From: Planctomycetia bacterium
GTDB taxonomy: Bacteria; Planctomycetota; Planctomycetia; Pirellulales; UBA1268
Reading direction: 5' to 3'
Assembly (NCBI GenBank): GCA_009926295.1
Contig: RFPF01000002.1
Coordinates: forward strand, 1 to 38,953
DNA: 38,953 bases
Part shown: positions 9,428 to 17,702 of the stretch, piece after piece
Layout: every line of letters starts with the position of its first letter
Position numbering within the stretch: position 1 is the first letter of the stretch
Translations under genes and position numbers: made by a program
Notes under the pieces: model-generated
The model's input: only the letters and a program-made list of their open reading frames with translations
What the model was told of the DNA's origin: nothing
Database searches by the model: none

Positions 9428-10432
9428 ATGAGGATCGGGATCGTCAACGACGTGCGGGCGGCCTGCGAGGCGCTGCGGCGCGTCGTGGACAGCCTCCCCG
9501 ACCACGAGATCGCGTGGACGGCCGCCGACGGGGTCGAGGCGGTCGCCATGGCGAAGCGCGACCGTCCGGACCTCATCCTGATGGATCTGATCATGCCGCA
9601 CCTCGACGGCGTGCAGGCGACCAGGCAGATCATGGCATCCGTCCCGTGCGCGATCCTCGTCGTCACGGCCACGGTCAGCGGCAACATCTCGCTGGTCTAC
9701 GAAGCGATGGGTTTCGGGGCGCTCGATGCGGTCGACACTCCGATGCTCGGCCCGGCTGGAGAGGTCAGCGGCGCGGGCGCTCTGGTCGAGAAGATCGGCA
9801 TGATCGCCAAGCTCGTGGGGGCCGCGGATCACCGCCGTGCCGCCCGGTCCGCCCCCGCCGCGGGCGGGCCGCCGAAGCTCGTTCTGGCGGGCGCGTCGAC
9901 GGGCGGCCCCAAGGCGATCGCCGACCTGCTGCTGCCGCTGCCGCGCGACTGGAACGTCGCCGTGGTCGTGGTTCAGCACGTCGACGTCGCCTTCTCCCAG
10001 GGGCTCGCCAAGTGGCTCGGGGATCGCACGAGTCGCGCGGTGCGCGTCGCGGAGCACGGGCAACAACCCGTCGCGGGCGACGTGCTGCTCGCCGGCACGA
10101 ACGACCACCTGGTGCTCTCCAAGGCACGGACCCTCGAATACCGCGAGGAACCCCGCGAGGTTTTTTTCAGGCCGAGCGTCGACGTGTTCTTCGAGAGCGT
10201 CGCCGAGCACTGGCCACACACCGGCGTCGCTCTGCTGCTGACGGGCATGGGGCGCGACGGCGCGAAGGGCCTTCTTCGACTGCGGGCGCGCGGCTGGCAC
10301 ACGATCGCCCAGGACGAGGCCTCGAGCGTCGTCTGGAGCATGCCCAAGGCGGGCATCGACGCGGGGGCGGCGTGCGAGGTGCTCACGATCGATCAGATGG
10401 CCAGGTCGCTTTCGGCGCGCCTGTCGGCCTGA
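9428..10432 (+). CDS. cheB: CheB-type protein-glutamate methylesterase with N-terminal receiver (WspF position)
   Basis: In-frame ATG at 9428 within ORF 9323..10432, 10 nt after the cheA stop, with GAGG 8 nt upstream. REC MRIGIVNDV..DLILMDLIMPHLDG. Esterase motifs GASTGGPKA, VVVQHV, TGMGRDGA. Confidence 0.88.
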   Translation: MRIGIVNDVRAACEALRRVVDSLPDHEIAWTAADGVEAVAMAKRDRPDLILMDLIMPHLDGVQATRQIMASVPCAILVVTATVSGNISLVYEAMGFGALDAVDTPMLGPAGEVSGAGALVEKIGMIAKLVGAADHRRAARSAPAAGGPPKLVLAGASTGGPKAIADLLLPLPRDWNVAVVVVQHVDVAFSQGLAKWLGDRTSRAVRVAEHGQQPVAGDVLLAGTNDHLVLSKARTLEYREEPREVFFRPSVDVFFESVAEHWPHTGVALLLTGMGRDGAKGLLRLRARGWHTIAQDEASSVVWSMPKAGIDAGAACEVLTIDQMARSLSARLSA

Positions 10433-11868
10433 AGCCCGCCGCCGGCCTCGATCGACCGCATCACCTCGAGAACGGTCGCCTCACCGCCGTCCAGCGAGAT
10501 CACCTGCACGCCCACCGGCAGGCCACGGCTGTCCCGATCGGCCGCGACTGCTGCTCGCACCACCGGATCCCAGGTCGGACTCCGGCCCGACTCCTCGGTG
10601 GCACGCACGAACGTCACCGGCACCGTGCCGGCCGCGAGATCGAGCAGATTCGCGAGGAGGCAGGGAAACGCCGCCGGCAGCAGCATCCCGGCAGTGCCGT
10701 GCCGCAGCGCCGGCAGGGCCGACACGGGACACACGATCGCATCGCACCGCTCGGCCCAGCCCTGCACCCGTCTGGCCAGCGAATCGCGGGCCCTGACCAG
10801 CCGGGCGGACTCGGCCGCAGATCTCGGACCGGTCGCCGCCAGCGCCGCGGCCTCGATCCGCCGGCCGCCGATCCGCGCGAGCGCCGCGAGCCCCGAACGC
10901 ACGACCGGCCCGAACCGAGCCAGGCGCAACAGCCGGGCCACCGGCGGGATCGGCCGCACGCCTGCGAACAACCGGCGGATGTCGGCTCCGCCATCCGCCG
11001 AGACCAGCCCCAGCATGAGCCAAGCCGCCTCGTCCGCGAGCGCACCGTCGAGCGGCCGTGTCTCGAACCCAGCGGCACCGAGGCGGGCCACGGCCTCATG
11101 GACGCCGCGCCGGATCGCCGGTGATGTCTCGAGCGGTCCGGCATCGTCCCACCAGCCGACCCGGGGACGACGGCGCAGGCGATCGGCCGGAAGCGAACTG
11201 CCCGCCACCGCCTCGAACGCCAGTTTGAGATCGCCGACCGCGCGGGCGAGAAGGCCCGCCCGCGGGCGGACGGCCGTGAGGTGCGGCATCGTGTCGAACG
11301 CGCCCGCCTCCCCGAGCGCGGATGTCCGCGGCAGCAGGCCCGCGATGCCGCAGGCATGGGCTGGTTGCCGCACCGAGCCGGCCAGGTCGGTGCCCACCGC
11401 GAGCGGGACCACTCCGGCGGCGACCAGTGCCGCATCGCCGCCGCTCGAGCCGCCGGGCCCGCGATCGGGGGCGGTGGGATGGATGGTCCGTCCCCAGACC
11501 GGATTGTCGGTTTCGTGGAGGTACATCGCCTGCGGCACGTTGGCCTTGCCGACGATCACCGCGCCCGCGGCCCGGAGGCGGGTGACGATCTCGGCGTCGT
11601 GGTCGTCGTGGATCTCCCGGCCCGGGATGCCGAGCGTCGTCCGCAGGCCGCGCACTGGAAAACACTCCTTGACGCTGACCGGCACTCCGCCGAGTGGCAG
11701 CCCTGCCACCCCGGCGAGTTCGGCCGCAGCCGCATCGTGCCGCGGCTGCACGAGGGCATTGAGCCGGTCGTGCGTGGCGCGGTGCCGTGCCACGTGGTCG
11801 GCGAGCACGTCGGATGCGGTCCGACGGCCGGCGGCGACATCGGCTGCGATCTCCGCCGCCGTCGGCAC
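10393..11868 (-). CDS. amidase-signature family enzyme
   Basis: C-terminal 491 aa of ORF 10393..12288. Motifs VSVKECFPVRG, GKANVPQ, GGSSGGDAALVAAG..LAVGTDLAGSVRQPA. Start set at GTG 11868; the alternative TTG at 11886 overlaps the upstream stop. The upstream part of the ORF overlaps the preceding gene. Confidence 0.8.
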   Translation of the reverse strand: MPTAAEIAADVAAGRRTASDVLADHVARHRATHDRLNALVQPRHDAAAAELAGVAGLPLGGVPVSVKECFPVRGLRTTLGIPGREIHDDHDAEIVTRLRAAGAVIVGKANVPQAMYLHETDNPVWGRTIHPTAPDRGPGGSSGGDAALVAAGVVPLAVGTDLAGSVRQPAHACGIAGLLPRTSALGEAGAFDTMPHLTAVRPRAGLLARAVGDLKLAFEAVAGSSLPADRLRRRPRVGWWDDAGPLETSPAIRRGVHEAVARLGAAGFETRPLDGALADEAAWLMLGLVSADGGADIRRLFAGVRPIPPVARLLRLARFGPVVRSGLAALARIGGRRIEAAALAATGPRSAAESARLVRARDSLARRVQGWAERCDAIVCPVSALPALRHGTAGMLLPAAFPCLLANLLDLAAGTVPVTFVRATEESGRSPTWDPVVRAAVAADRDSRGLPVGVQVISLDGGEATVLEVMRSIEAGGGLQADRRAESDLAI

Positions 11869-11882
11869 CGTACCGCCCGGGA

Positions 11883-13775
11883 TCAAAAAAGATCCTCGGC
11901 CGCGGCTGGTTTCCCGGCCACGGGCCGACAGTCGCTCGCCCACACGACGTCGCCGTCGAAAAGCACGCCCGTGACGAGCACCTTCTCTCCCTGCGCGGCG
12001 ACCGGCTCGACCCGCGAGATCACCGCCACGTCTCGCGGTTCCTCCCCGTCGATCGTAACCCGCGTCGACCAGTACGGCCCCACCCGCCGCGAGCCCTCGA
12101 ACGTCGCCAGCAGCATGGCGCCGTCCGCCGGCCGCTTCCGTGACGCGAGCCACATGCGGCTGAGGCGGCCGAGTTCGGCCTGAGCGTCGGCATCGGCGGC
12201 GAGCCCCGCGAACAGGGAGTCGACCGGCTCCGGCACCTTCTCGACGGTGCGTCCCGTGTCGGCGGCCACCTTTTCCAGCAGCACCCACTGTTCTGCCACC
12301 GCGGCGAGGCGTTTGTACCAGGCGACGAGCAGCTTCTTCCTGCCCTCCACATCCTCCGGGTTGGCGGCGGCCACCGCCTCGTGGGCGGCCACCGCCTCGC
12401 CCGCCGCCTCCTCGAGCGCCGTCAGGTCGAGCGGTTCAGGCCGCGGCGGCGCCACCGGCGCCGGGGAGGGCGCTGTCGCGAAGATGTCGTCGAGGGTTTT
12501 CGGTGCCGGCGCAGGGACGGGAGGCTCCGCGGGGGCGGGCTCGGGCTCCGCGGCCGGCTCGCGCATCTTCACCACGGCATCGGGGGCGATCCCCGGCGAC
12601 GGCGCACCATCGCTCTCGCCGGGCCCCGGAGCCACGCTCGCGGTCTCGACCACCTTGGGCTCGACCGGCATCGGCTCGACCGGCTTCGGCTCATCAGGCT
12701 CCGGCTCCGCGGGGACGGGCGGGGCAGCCGCGGCCTCGCCCTGCGGGAGATCGTCGAGCGGCGAGCGGGGGGCGGCCGAGGACGGCCCGCGGGACGAGCC
12801 GGGCTGAAACTTCGCAGGCAGCAAAAACGCGACCTGCTCCGGCATCAGGCCCGCGAGCTTGAAGGGGTCGCGTTGGAATCCCCAGATCAGGATCGCATAC
12901 GTGATCGGTAGTGCCATGAGCCCGCCGAGAACGATCCCGATGAGCGATCCGATGCCGCCGCGCGTCCGGCGGCTCGCCTGACGCCGTGGTGAATCCGGCA
13001 CGGGAGTCACGGCCGCGCCGGCCGCGGCACCGGCTTCGACCACGTCGCCAGTCTCGACTCCGGGCCCCCCGTGGGACTCCCCGACTTCTCCGAGACCGTC
13101 GAACCCCGATGCTTCGAACCCGGACTGCTCGTCGACGGCGAAGTCGTCGAGCGGCGATTCCGCCCCCATGCCGCCGGGCCAGTCATCACCCGCACCAGCG
13201 CCGTCGCCATGGGACGGATCGATCTCGCTGGGCGAGACGATCCCCGAGAAGCCGGTGCCGATCTGCACGTGGGACGATCCGGCGGCGACGTGCTCGTCAT
13301 CCGCCGCGGTGGTCTCGTGGACCTCGTCCCATGCGGCCACATCCGCCCCGGGGGAGGCATCGGCCTCTCTTGACGATGCCGATTCGTCGGAGTCGCCCGT
13401 GGGAAACACGGCCAGCGGCGGCTCACCGGGGACGGATGCCTCGGGCTCCTCCAGCCATGCCGAAAGATCCTCTGCCGTGGGTCCGCCATCGGCCGCGAGG
13501 TCGGCGAACGGATCGGCATCCGCCGCTGTCTCCGCGGCCGCATCGATGCGGATGATCGGCGCGTCGTCCGCGTCGGCCGGAGAAGGGCCAGGATCTGACC
13601 CGACAAGATCCGGTGCGAAAGGAATCTCGTCCTCGGCCTGCGGCACGGCCGGCTTCCCTTCGACGTCGCTCGAGGTGTCGAACGAGAACGTGAAGCCGTC
13701 GGCTGCTTGGTCCTCGCCACCTTCGTCGATGTCCGCCCACGGGTCGGGTGCCGGATCGTTTTTGTCGTCCACCAT
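11883..13775 (-). CDS. hypothetical single-pass membrane protein: acidic N-terminal region, TM, proline-rich linker, C-terminal globular region
   Basis: ORF 11883..13892. Internal ATG at 13775 (MVDDKNDPAPDPW) has AGAGG 7 nt upstream. TM GGIGSLIGIVLGGLMALPITYAILIWGF. No motif I recognise. Confidence 0.65.
   Translation of the reverse strand: MVDDKNDPAPDPWADIDEGGEDQAADGFTFSFDTSSDVEGKPAVPQAEDEIPFAPDLVGSDPGPSPADADDAPIIRIDAAAETAADADPFADLAADGGPTAEDLSAWLEEPEASVPGEPPLAVFPTGDSDESASSREADASPGADVAAWDEVHETTAADDEHVAAGSSHVQIGTGFSGIVSPSEIDPSHGDGAGAGDDWPGGMGAESPLDDFAVDEQSGFEASGFDGLGEVGESHGGPGVETGDVVEAGAAAGAAVTPVPDSPRRQASRRTRGGIGSLIGIVLGGLMALPITYAILIWGFQRDPFKLAGLMPEQVAFLLPAKFQPGSSRGPSSAAPRSPLDDLPQGEAAAAPPVPAEPEPDEPKPVEPMPVEPKVVETASVAPGPGESDGAPSPGIAPDAVVKMREPAAEPEPAPAEPPVPAPAPKTLDDIFATAPSPAPVAPPRPEPLDLTALEEAAGEAVAAHEAVAAANPEDVEGRKKLLVAWYKRLAAVAEQWVLLEKVAADTGRTVEKVPEPVDSLFAGLAADADAQAELGRLSRMWLASRKRPADGAMLLATFEGSRRVGPYWSTRVTIDGEEPRDVAVISRVEPVAAQGEKVLVTGVLFDGDVVWASDCRPVAGKPAAAEDLF
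12658..12702. repeat. three imperfect 15-bp tandem units (GGCTCGACCGGCATC-like) inside the hypothetical protein, encoding PVEPM/PVEPK-type repeats
   Basis: Read directly: units at 12658, 12673 and 12688. Confidence 0.6.
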
Positions 13776-13922
13776 GGATGCCTCTGCGGGAGATGTGCGA
13801 ACGCGGGGAAGGCCCCGGCGGAGTTTACCACCGCCGGGGGCGGCGTGAAAAAACTCCGAATCAACGTATCCATGCGGCGAGGGCGGTTCCACGCCCTCCC
13901 CGCACCGACCCCACGGGCGGAA

Positions 13923-15464
13923 TCAGAGCCCGTGGGCGGACGCGTAGCGGGATCGGAGGCTGTCGACGAGCCACCGCTCCGAAACCGGCATGCCCGTGGC
14001 CCTCTCGACGAGCGGTTCCGACTCCAGCAGCCTGCCGTGGGCATGCACGTGCATGCGCAGCCAGTCCAGCAGGCCGTCGAACCTCCCCGCCGCGATCTCG
14101 CCGTCGAGACCGGGAAGACGCTCCCTGGCGGCGTGGATCAACTGGGCGGCAAAAATGTTTCCCAGGGAGTACGTCGGGAAGTAGCCGACGAGGCCCGCAC
14201 TCCAGTGGATGTCCTGGAGGACCCCGTCGGCATCGGAGGGTGGCCGCATCCCGAAGTCGCGCTCGAACCGCTCGTTCCAGGCGTCGCGGAGATCGGCCAC
14301 GGCGAGCGTTCCCTGCACGAGCGCACGCTCGAGGTCGAACCGCATCATGACGTGCAGGTTGTACGTGACCTCGTCCGCCTCCACGCGGATGAACGAGGGT
14401 GAAACCGCCATCAGTGCCCTCTGCACGGAGGCGGCGTCGGCATCGGCCAGCGCCGCCGGGAAGGCCGACCGCGCCACCGGGAAGCACCACTCCCAGAACG
14501 CCGGCGAACGACCCACGAGGTTTTCCCAAAGCCGCGACTGCGACTCGTGGATCCCGAGCGACGCGGCCTGGCCGGGCGGCAGGCCGAACCAGTCACGCGG
14601 CAGCCCCTGTTCGTAGAGGCCGTGGCCCGCCTCGTGCAACACGCCGTGGAGCGCCGTGGGCAGGAACCTCTCGTCCCACCGTGTCGTGATCCGGCAGTCG
14701 TCGGGCCCCATGGTTGAGCAAAACGGGTGGGCGGTGGTGTCGAGCCGGCCGCGCTGGAAGTCGAACCCGATCCGGGCGGCCACTTCGCGCACGAACCTTT
14801 CCTGGGCTGCGCGCGGGTAGTCCCGCCGGAGCACGGCATCGTCCGGCCGCCGACCCGACGCGACGCATGCGGCCACCAGCCGCACGATCTCGGCTCGGAG
14901 CCGCTCGAACAGCAGAGCCACCGCCTGCCACGTCGCGCCCGGCTCGTAATCGTCCATCAGGGCGTCGTAGGGATCGCGTCCGGGAAGCTGGCAGGAGGCC
15001 TGCTCCCGCTTCAGGGCGAACACCCTCTCCAGCCACGGCTGGAGCTGGTTCCACGACGACGCGGCGCGGGCCGACCGCCACGCCTGCTGTGCCTCGACAC
15101 AGGTTCGCGCCAGTTCCTCGACCAGCCGCGGCGGCAGCCGCGCCTGCTTGGCGAAGTCCCGCTGCAGCAGGGCGATCGTGCCCGACACCTCCGGTGGACC
15201 GGATGTGGCGAGCGGGCCGTCGGCAAGCCGGGCAAGCCGCTCCCCGTACGCCGGATCGGTGCGCTCGCGATGGACCAGCGTTGCCAGCGCCGCAGCCTGC
15301 TCCGCCCGATAGCCGCCCGCCCGCTCCGGCAGGTACGTCTGCTCGTCCCAGCCGAGGAGCGATTCGACCGACGCCAGCACCGCAGCGTGGCGTGCCCGGT
15401 CACAAACCTCCGCGAAGAGTTCCTCCGGAGCCTGCCGTCCCGCGGATCGGGTCGAGGTCGTCAT
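13923..15464 (-). CDS. M32 family metallocarboxypeptidase (carboxypeptidase Taq type)
   Basis: ORF 13923..15485; ATG at 15464 chosen as start. Motifs HPFCSTMGPDDCRITTRW, zinc site HEAGHGLYEQG, IRVEADEVTYNLH. Confidence 0.85.
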   Translation of the reverse strand: MTTSTRSAGRQAPEELFAEVCDRARHAAVLASVESLLGWDEQTYLPERAGGYRAEQAAALATLVHRERTDPAYGERLARLADGPLATSGPPEVSGTIALLQRDFAKQARLPPRLVEELARTCVEAQQAWRSARAASSWNQLQPWLERVFALKREQASCQLPGRDPYDALMDDYEPGATWQAVALLFERLRAEIVRLVAACVASGRRPDDAVLRRDYPRAAQERFVREVAARIGFDFQRGRLDTTAHPFCSTMGPDDCRITTRWDERFLPTALHGVLHEAGHGLYEQGLPRDWFGLPPGQAASLGIHESQSRLWENLVGRSPAFWEWCFPVARSAFPAALADADAASVQRALMAVSPSFIRVEADEVTYNLHVMMRFDLERALVQGTLAVADLRDAWNERFERDFGMRPPSDADGVLQDIHWSAGLVGYFPTYSLGNIFAAQLIHAARERLPGLDGEIAAGRFDGLLDWLRMHVHAHGRLLESEPLVERATGMPVSERWLVDSLRSRYASAHGL

Positions 15465-15508
15465 GCGGCCAGAGTATGCTGCCACGATCTGGGAGACGCA
15501 ATCGAACC

Positions 15509-16192
15509 ATGCTCGACGCCCTCGTGATCGCTCCGCATCCCGACGATGCCGAACTGGGCATGGGAGGCACCATCGCGTTGATGCTCGCCAAGGGCCTGCA
15601 CGTGGGCGTGCTCGACCTCACCGACGGCGAGCCCACGCCCCGGGGATCCCCCGAGATCCGCGCCCGCGAGACAGCGGCCGCCACGGCGGTGCTCGGGATC
15701 CCGTGGCGCGAGAATCTCGGGCTCCCCAACCGGCGGCTCCGGGCGACGCTCGCCGCGCGCGGCCAACTCGCCGGCGTGATCCGTCGGACTCGCCCCCGCT
15801 GGCTCTTCGCCCCCCACTGGGTCGACGCCCATCCCGACCACACGGCGGCCACCAGGCTGGTCGAGGCGGCCCGCTTCTGGTCCAAGCTCACCCGGTGCGA
15901 TCTGCCGGGAGATCCGTGGCACCCGGAACGCGTGTACCACTACGCCTGCGTTCACCTCAAGCTCGTGACCCGGCCTGCATTCGTGGTCGACATCTCTTCG
16001 ACGTGGGAACTCAAGGAGCGAAGCATCGCCTGCTACGCCAGCCAGTTTTCCCAGGCCACGCCGCGTCCCGGGGTGCTGGAACGCGTGGCAGCCTCGGCAA
16101 GCTGGTGGGGTGCCATGATCGGAACCACCCACGGCGAGGCGTTCACGGCCCGCGAGCCGATCGCGCTGCGAGGTTTCGCCGATCTCTTCTGA
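15509..16192 (+). CDS. PIG-L/LmbE family deacetylase (BshB1-like)
   Basis: Last 227 aa of ORF 14714..16192, starting MLDALVIAPHPDDAELGMGGTIA, with ...HPDHTAATRLV further on. The part of the ORF upstream of this start is antisense to the carboxypeptidase gene. Confidence 0.8.
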   Translation: MLDALVIAPHPDDAELGMGGTIALMLAKGLHVGVLDLTDGEPTPRGSPEIRARETAAATAVLGIPWRENLGLPNRRLRATLAARGQLAGVIRRTRPRWLFAPHWVDAHPDHTAATRLVEAARFWSKLTRCDLPGDPWHPERVYHYACVHLKLVTRPAFVVDISSTWELKERSIACYASQFSQATPRPGVLERVAASASWWGAMIGTTHGEAFTAREPIALRGFADLF

Positions 16193-16381
16193 ACCGCCCG
16201 ACCCGCCCGGATATCGGGGTCGCGCGGCGGGCACCCCGGGACGGATGGCCCGATCGCGGAGACTCGGGGGGCATCCCGCAGAAGGCTGCGGACGCGCCGC
16301 AGTGCCAGCCGATACCTCCCCTGTGCGGCGGCCGGGACGGGTCTTCCCCATCGGCCTTCCGCCCCGCCCGAAGAGCCATCG

Positions 16382-16615
16382 ATGCCCGCTCGCGACATCA
16401 ACGTGATCGCCCTGGTCAAAGGCGGGGAACGCTACGTCTTCCTGTATGACGACGACAGCCGGGCCGAGGCCATCAAGACCCTCGGCCGCTACGCCGCCAA
16501 TCCCGACCTGAGCTTCTCGTGGTACGACGCCGCGGTGCTGGGCCAGAAGGTCCGACAAAGCGCACCGCGAGTCAACCGCCTGCGGAGCGTTCCGCCGGCC
16601 GACCGCACCGCCTGA
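16382..16615 (+). CDS. small hypothetical protein (77 aa)
   Basis: ATG start, strong third-position GC bias, and a composition that does not look like noise (DINVIALVKGGERYVFLYDDDSRAEAIKTLGRYAANPDLSFSWYD). It ends 20 nt before the recombinase start. Confidence 0.55.
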   Translation: MPARDINVIALVKGGERYVFLYDDDSRAEAIKTLGRYAANPDLSFSWYDAAVLGQKVRQSAPRVNRLRSVPPADRTA

Positions 16616-16635
16616 TCCGGGGGCGATCCCGCGTC

Positions 16636-17556
16636 ATGGCAGCCCGAACGCCGGCTCCGACAGGATCGTTTTCCGCCGCCGCCGACCGGTTCCTGAGATT
16701 CATGACGGCGGAACGAGGGGCCTCCCCGCTGACCCTCAAGAGCTATCGGGAGGATCTGCTCCAGTTGGAGGAATTCCTGCGGTCCGCCGGCTGCCGGACG
16801 CCGGCCGATGCCTCCAGCTCCATCCTGCGCCGGTTTCAAGCCGGCCTCGGCGCCGCGGGATACGCCCCGGCGACGGTTGCCCGCAAGCTCGCGAGCATGC
16901 GCAGTTTCTATGCCTTCGGGCAGCGCGAGGGCTGGATTCGGGCCAACCCTGCGAAGCCGCTGCGCAGCCCGCGCCGCCCGCGAAAGCTCCCGAAGTTCCT
17001 CACCGGCGAGGAGATCGCGAGACTCCTCTCCGCTCCAGATCCCGCCGCCGCCGGCGGCCTCCGCGACCGTGCGATCCTCGAACTCATGTATTCGTCGGGC
17101 GTGCGCGTCCGCGAACTTGTGGGGCTCGACGACGGCGACCTCGATCTCGCCAATGGCACGATCCGCGTTCGGGGCAAGGGCCGGCGCGAGCGACTGGGCA
17201 TCGTGGGCACTCACGCCCGCACCGCGATCCGCCAGTGGCTCGCCACGCGGCCGCGATCCACCGTGCCCGGCCGCAGCCGGCCGCTGTTCACGAATCGTCT
17301 TGGCGGCCGTCTCTCGGTCCGCGGCATCGCCCGCCTGCTCGAAAAGCACCTCGCCACCGCCGGCCTCGCTCGACGCGCGAGCCCCCACACGCTGCGGCAC
17401 AGCTTCGCGACCCATCTGCTCGACGCGGGCGCCGACATCCGGAGCGTGCAGGAACTGCTCGGCCACAAGAGCCTCGTGACCACCCAGATCTACACGCACG
17501 TCACGACGACCCGGCTCCGCGAAGCCTTCGACAGGGCTCATCCGCGCGCGAAGTGA
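16636..17556 (+). CDS. tyrosine site-specific recombinase, XerC/XerD family
   Basis: In-frame ATG at 16636 in ORF 16519..17556. Motifs SPLTLKSYREDL, RDRAILELMYSSGVRVRELVGL, HTLRHSFATHLLDAGADIRSVQELLGHKSLVTTQIYTHV. Confidence 0.88.
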   Translation: MAARTPAPTGSFSAAADRFLRFMTAERGASPLTLKSYREDLLQLEEFLRSAGCRTPADASSSILRRFQAGLGAAGYAPATVARKLASMRSFYAFGQREGWIRANPAKPLRSPRRPRKLPKFLTGEEIARLLSAPDPAAAGGLRDRAILELMYSSGVRVRELVGLDDGDLDLANGTIRVRGKGRRERLGIVGTHARTAIRQWLATRPRSTVPGRSRPLFTNRLGGRLSVRGIARLLEKHLATAGLARRASPHTLRHSFATHLLDAGADIRSVQELLGHKSLVTTQIYTHVTTTRLREAFDRAHPRAK

Positions 17557-17557
17557 C

Positions 17558-17689
17558 GCCCTCAGATCGTGAGAGCGCCTCGGGGACACCCTGGGCCAGG
17601 GCCAACGCGATCGTGCCGGCTCGTGACTGCCCGCGCCCTCTCGCTTGACGTTCGCCTCGGCCATCGCGGCGCTCTCACGATCAGAGGGC
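17558..17689. repeat. 132-bp element bounded by 22-bp inverted repeats (21/22 complementary), lying between convergent genes
   Basis: Left arm GCCCTCAGATCGTGAGAGCGCC (17558-17579). Right arm GGCGCTCTCACGATCAGAGGGC (17668-17689). 88-nt interior. Confidence 0.8.
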
Positions 17690-17702
17690 GTCGCTCACGA
17701 AC

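Noticed and set aside
10393-12288. The full 631-aa ORF as the amidase.
   Set aside because: The first ~134 aa overlap the preceding gene's 3' end and are Arg/Gly-rich noise. Amidase-family sequence begins near residue 141, so the start was trimmed to GTG 11868 (or TTG 11886).
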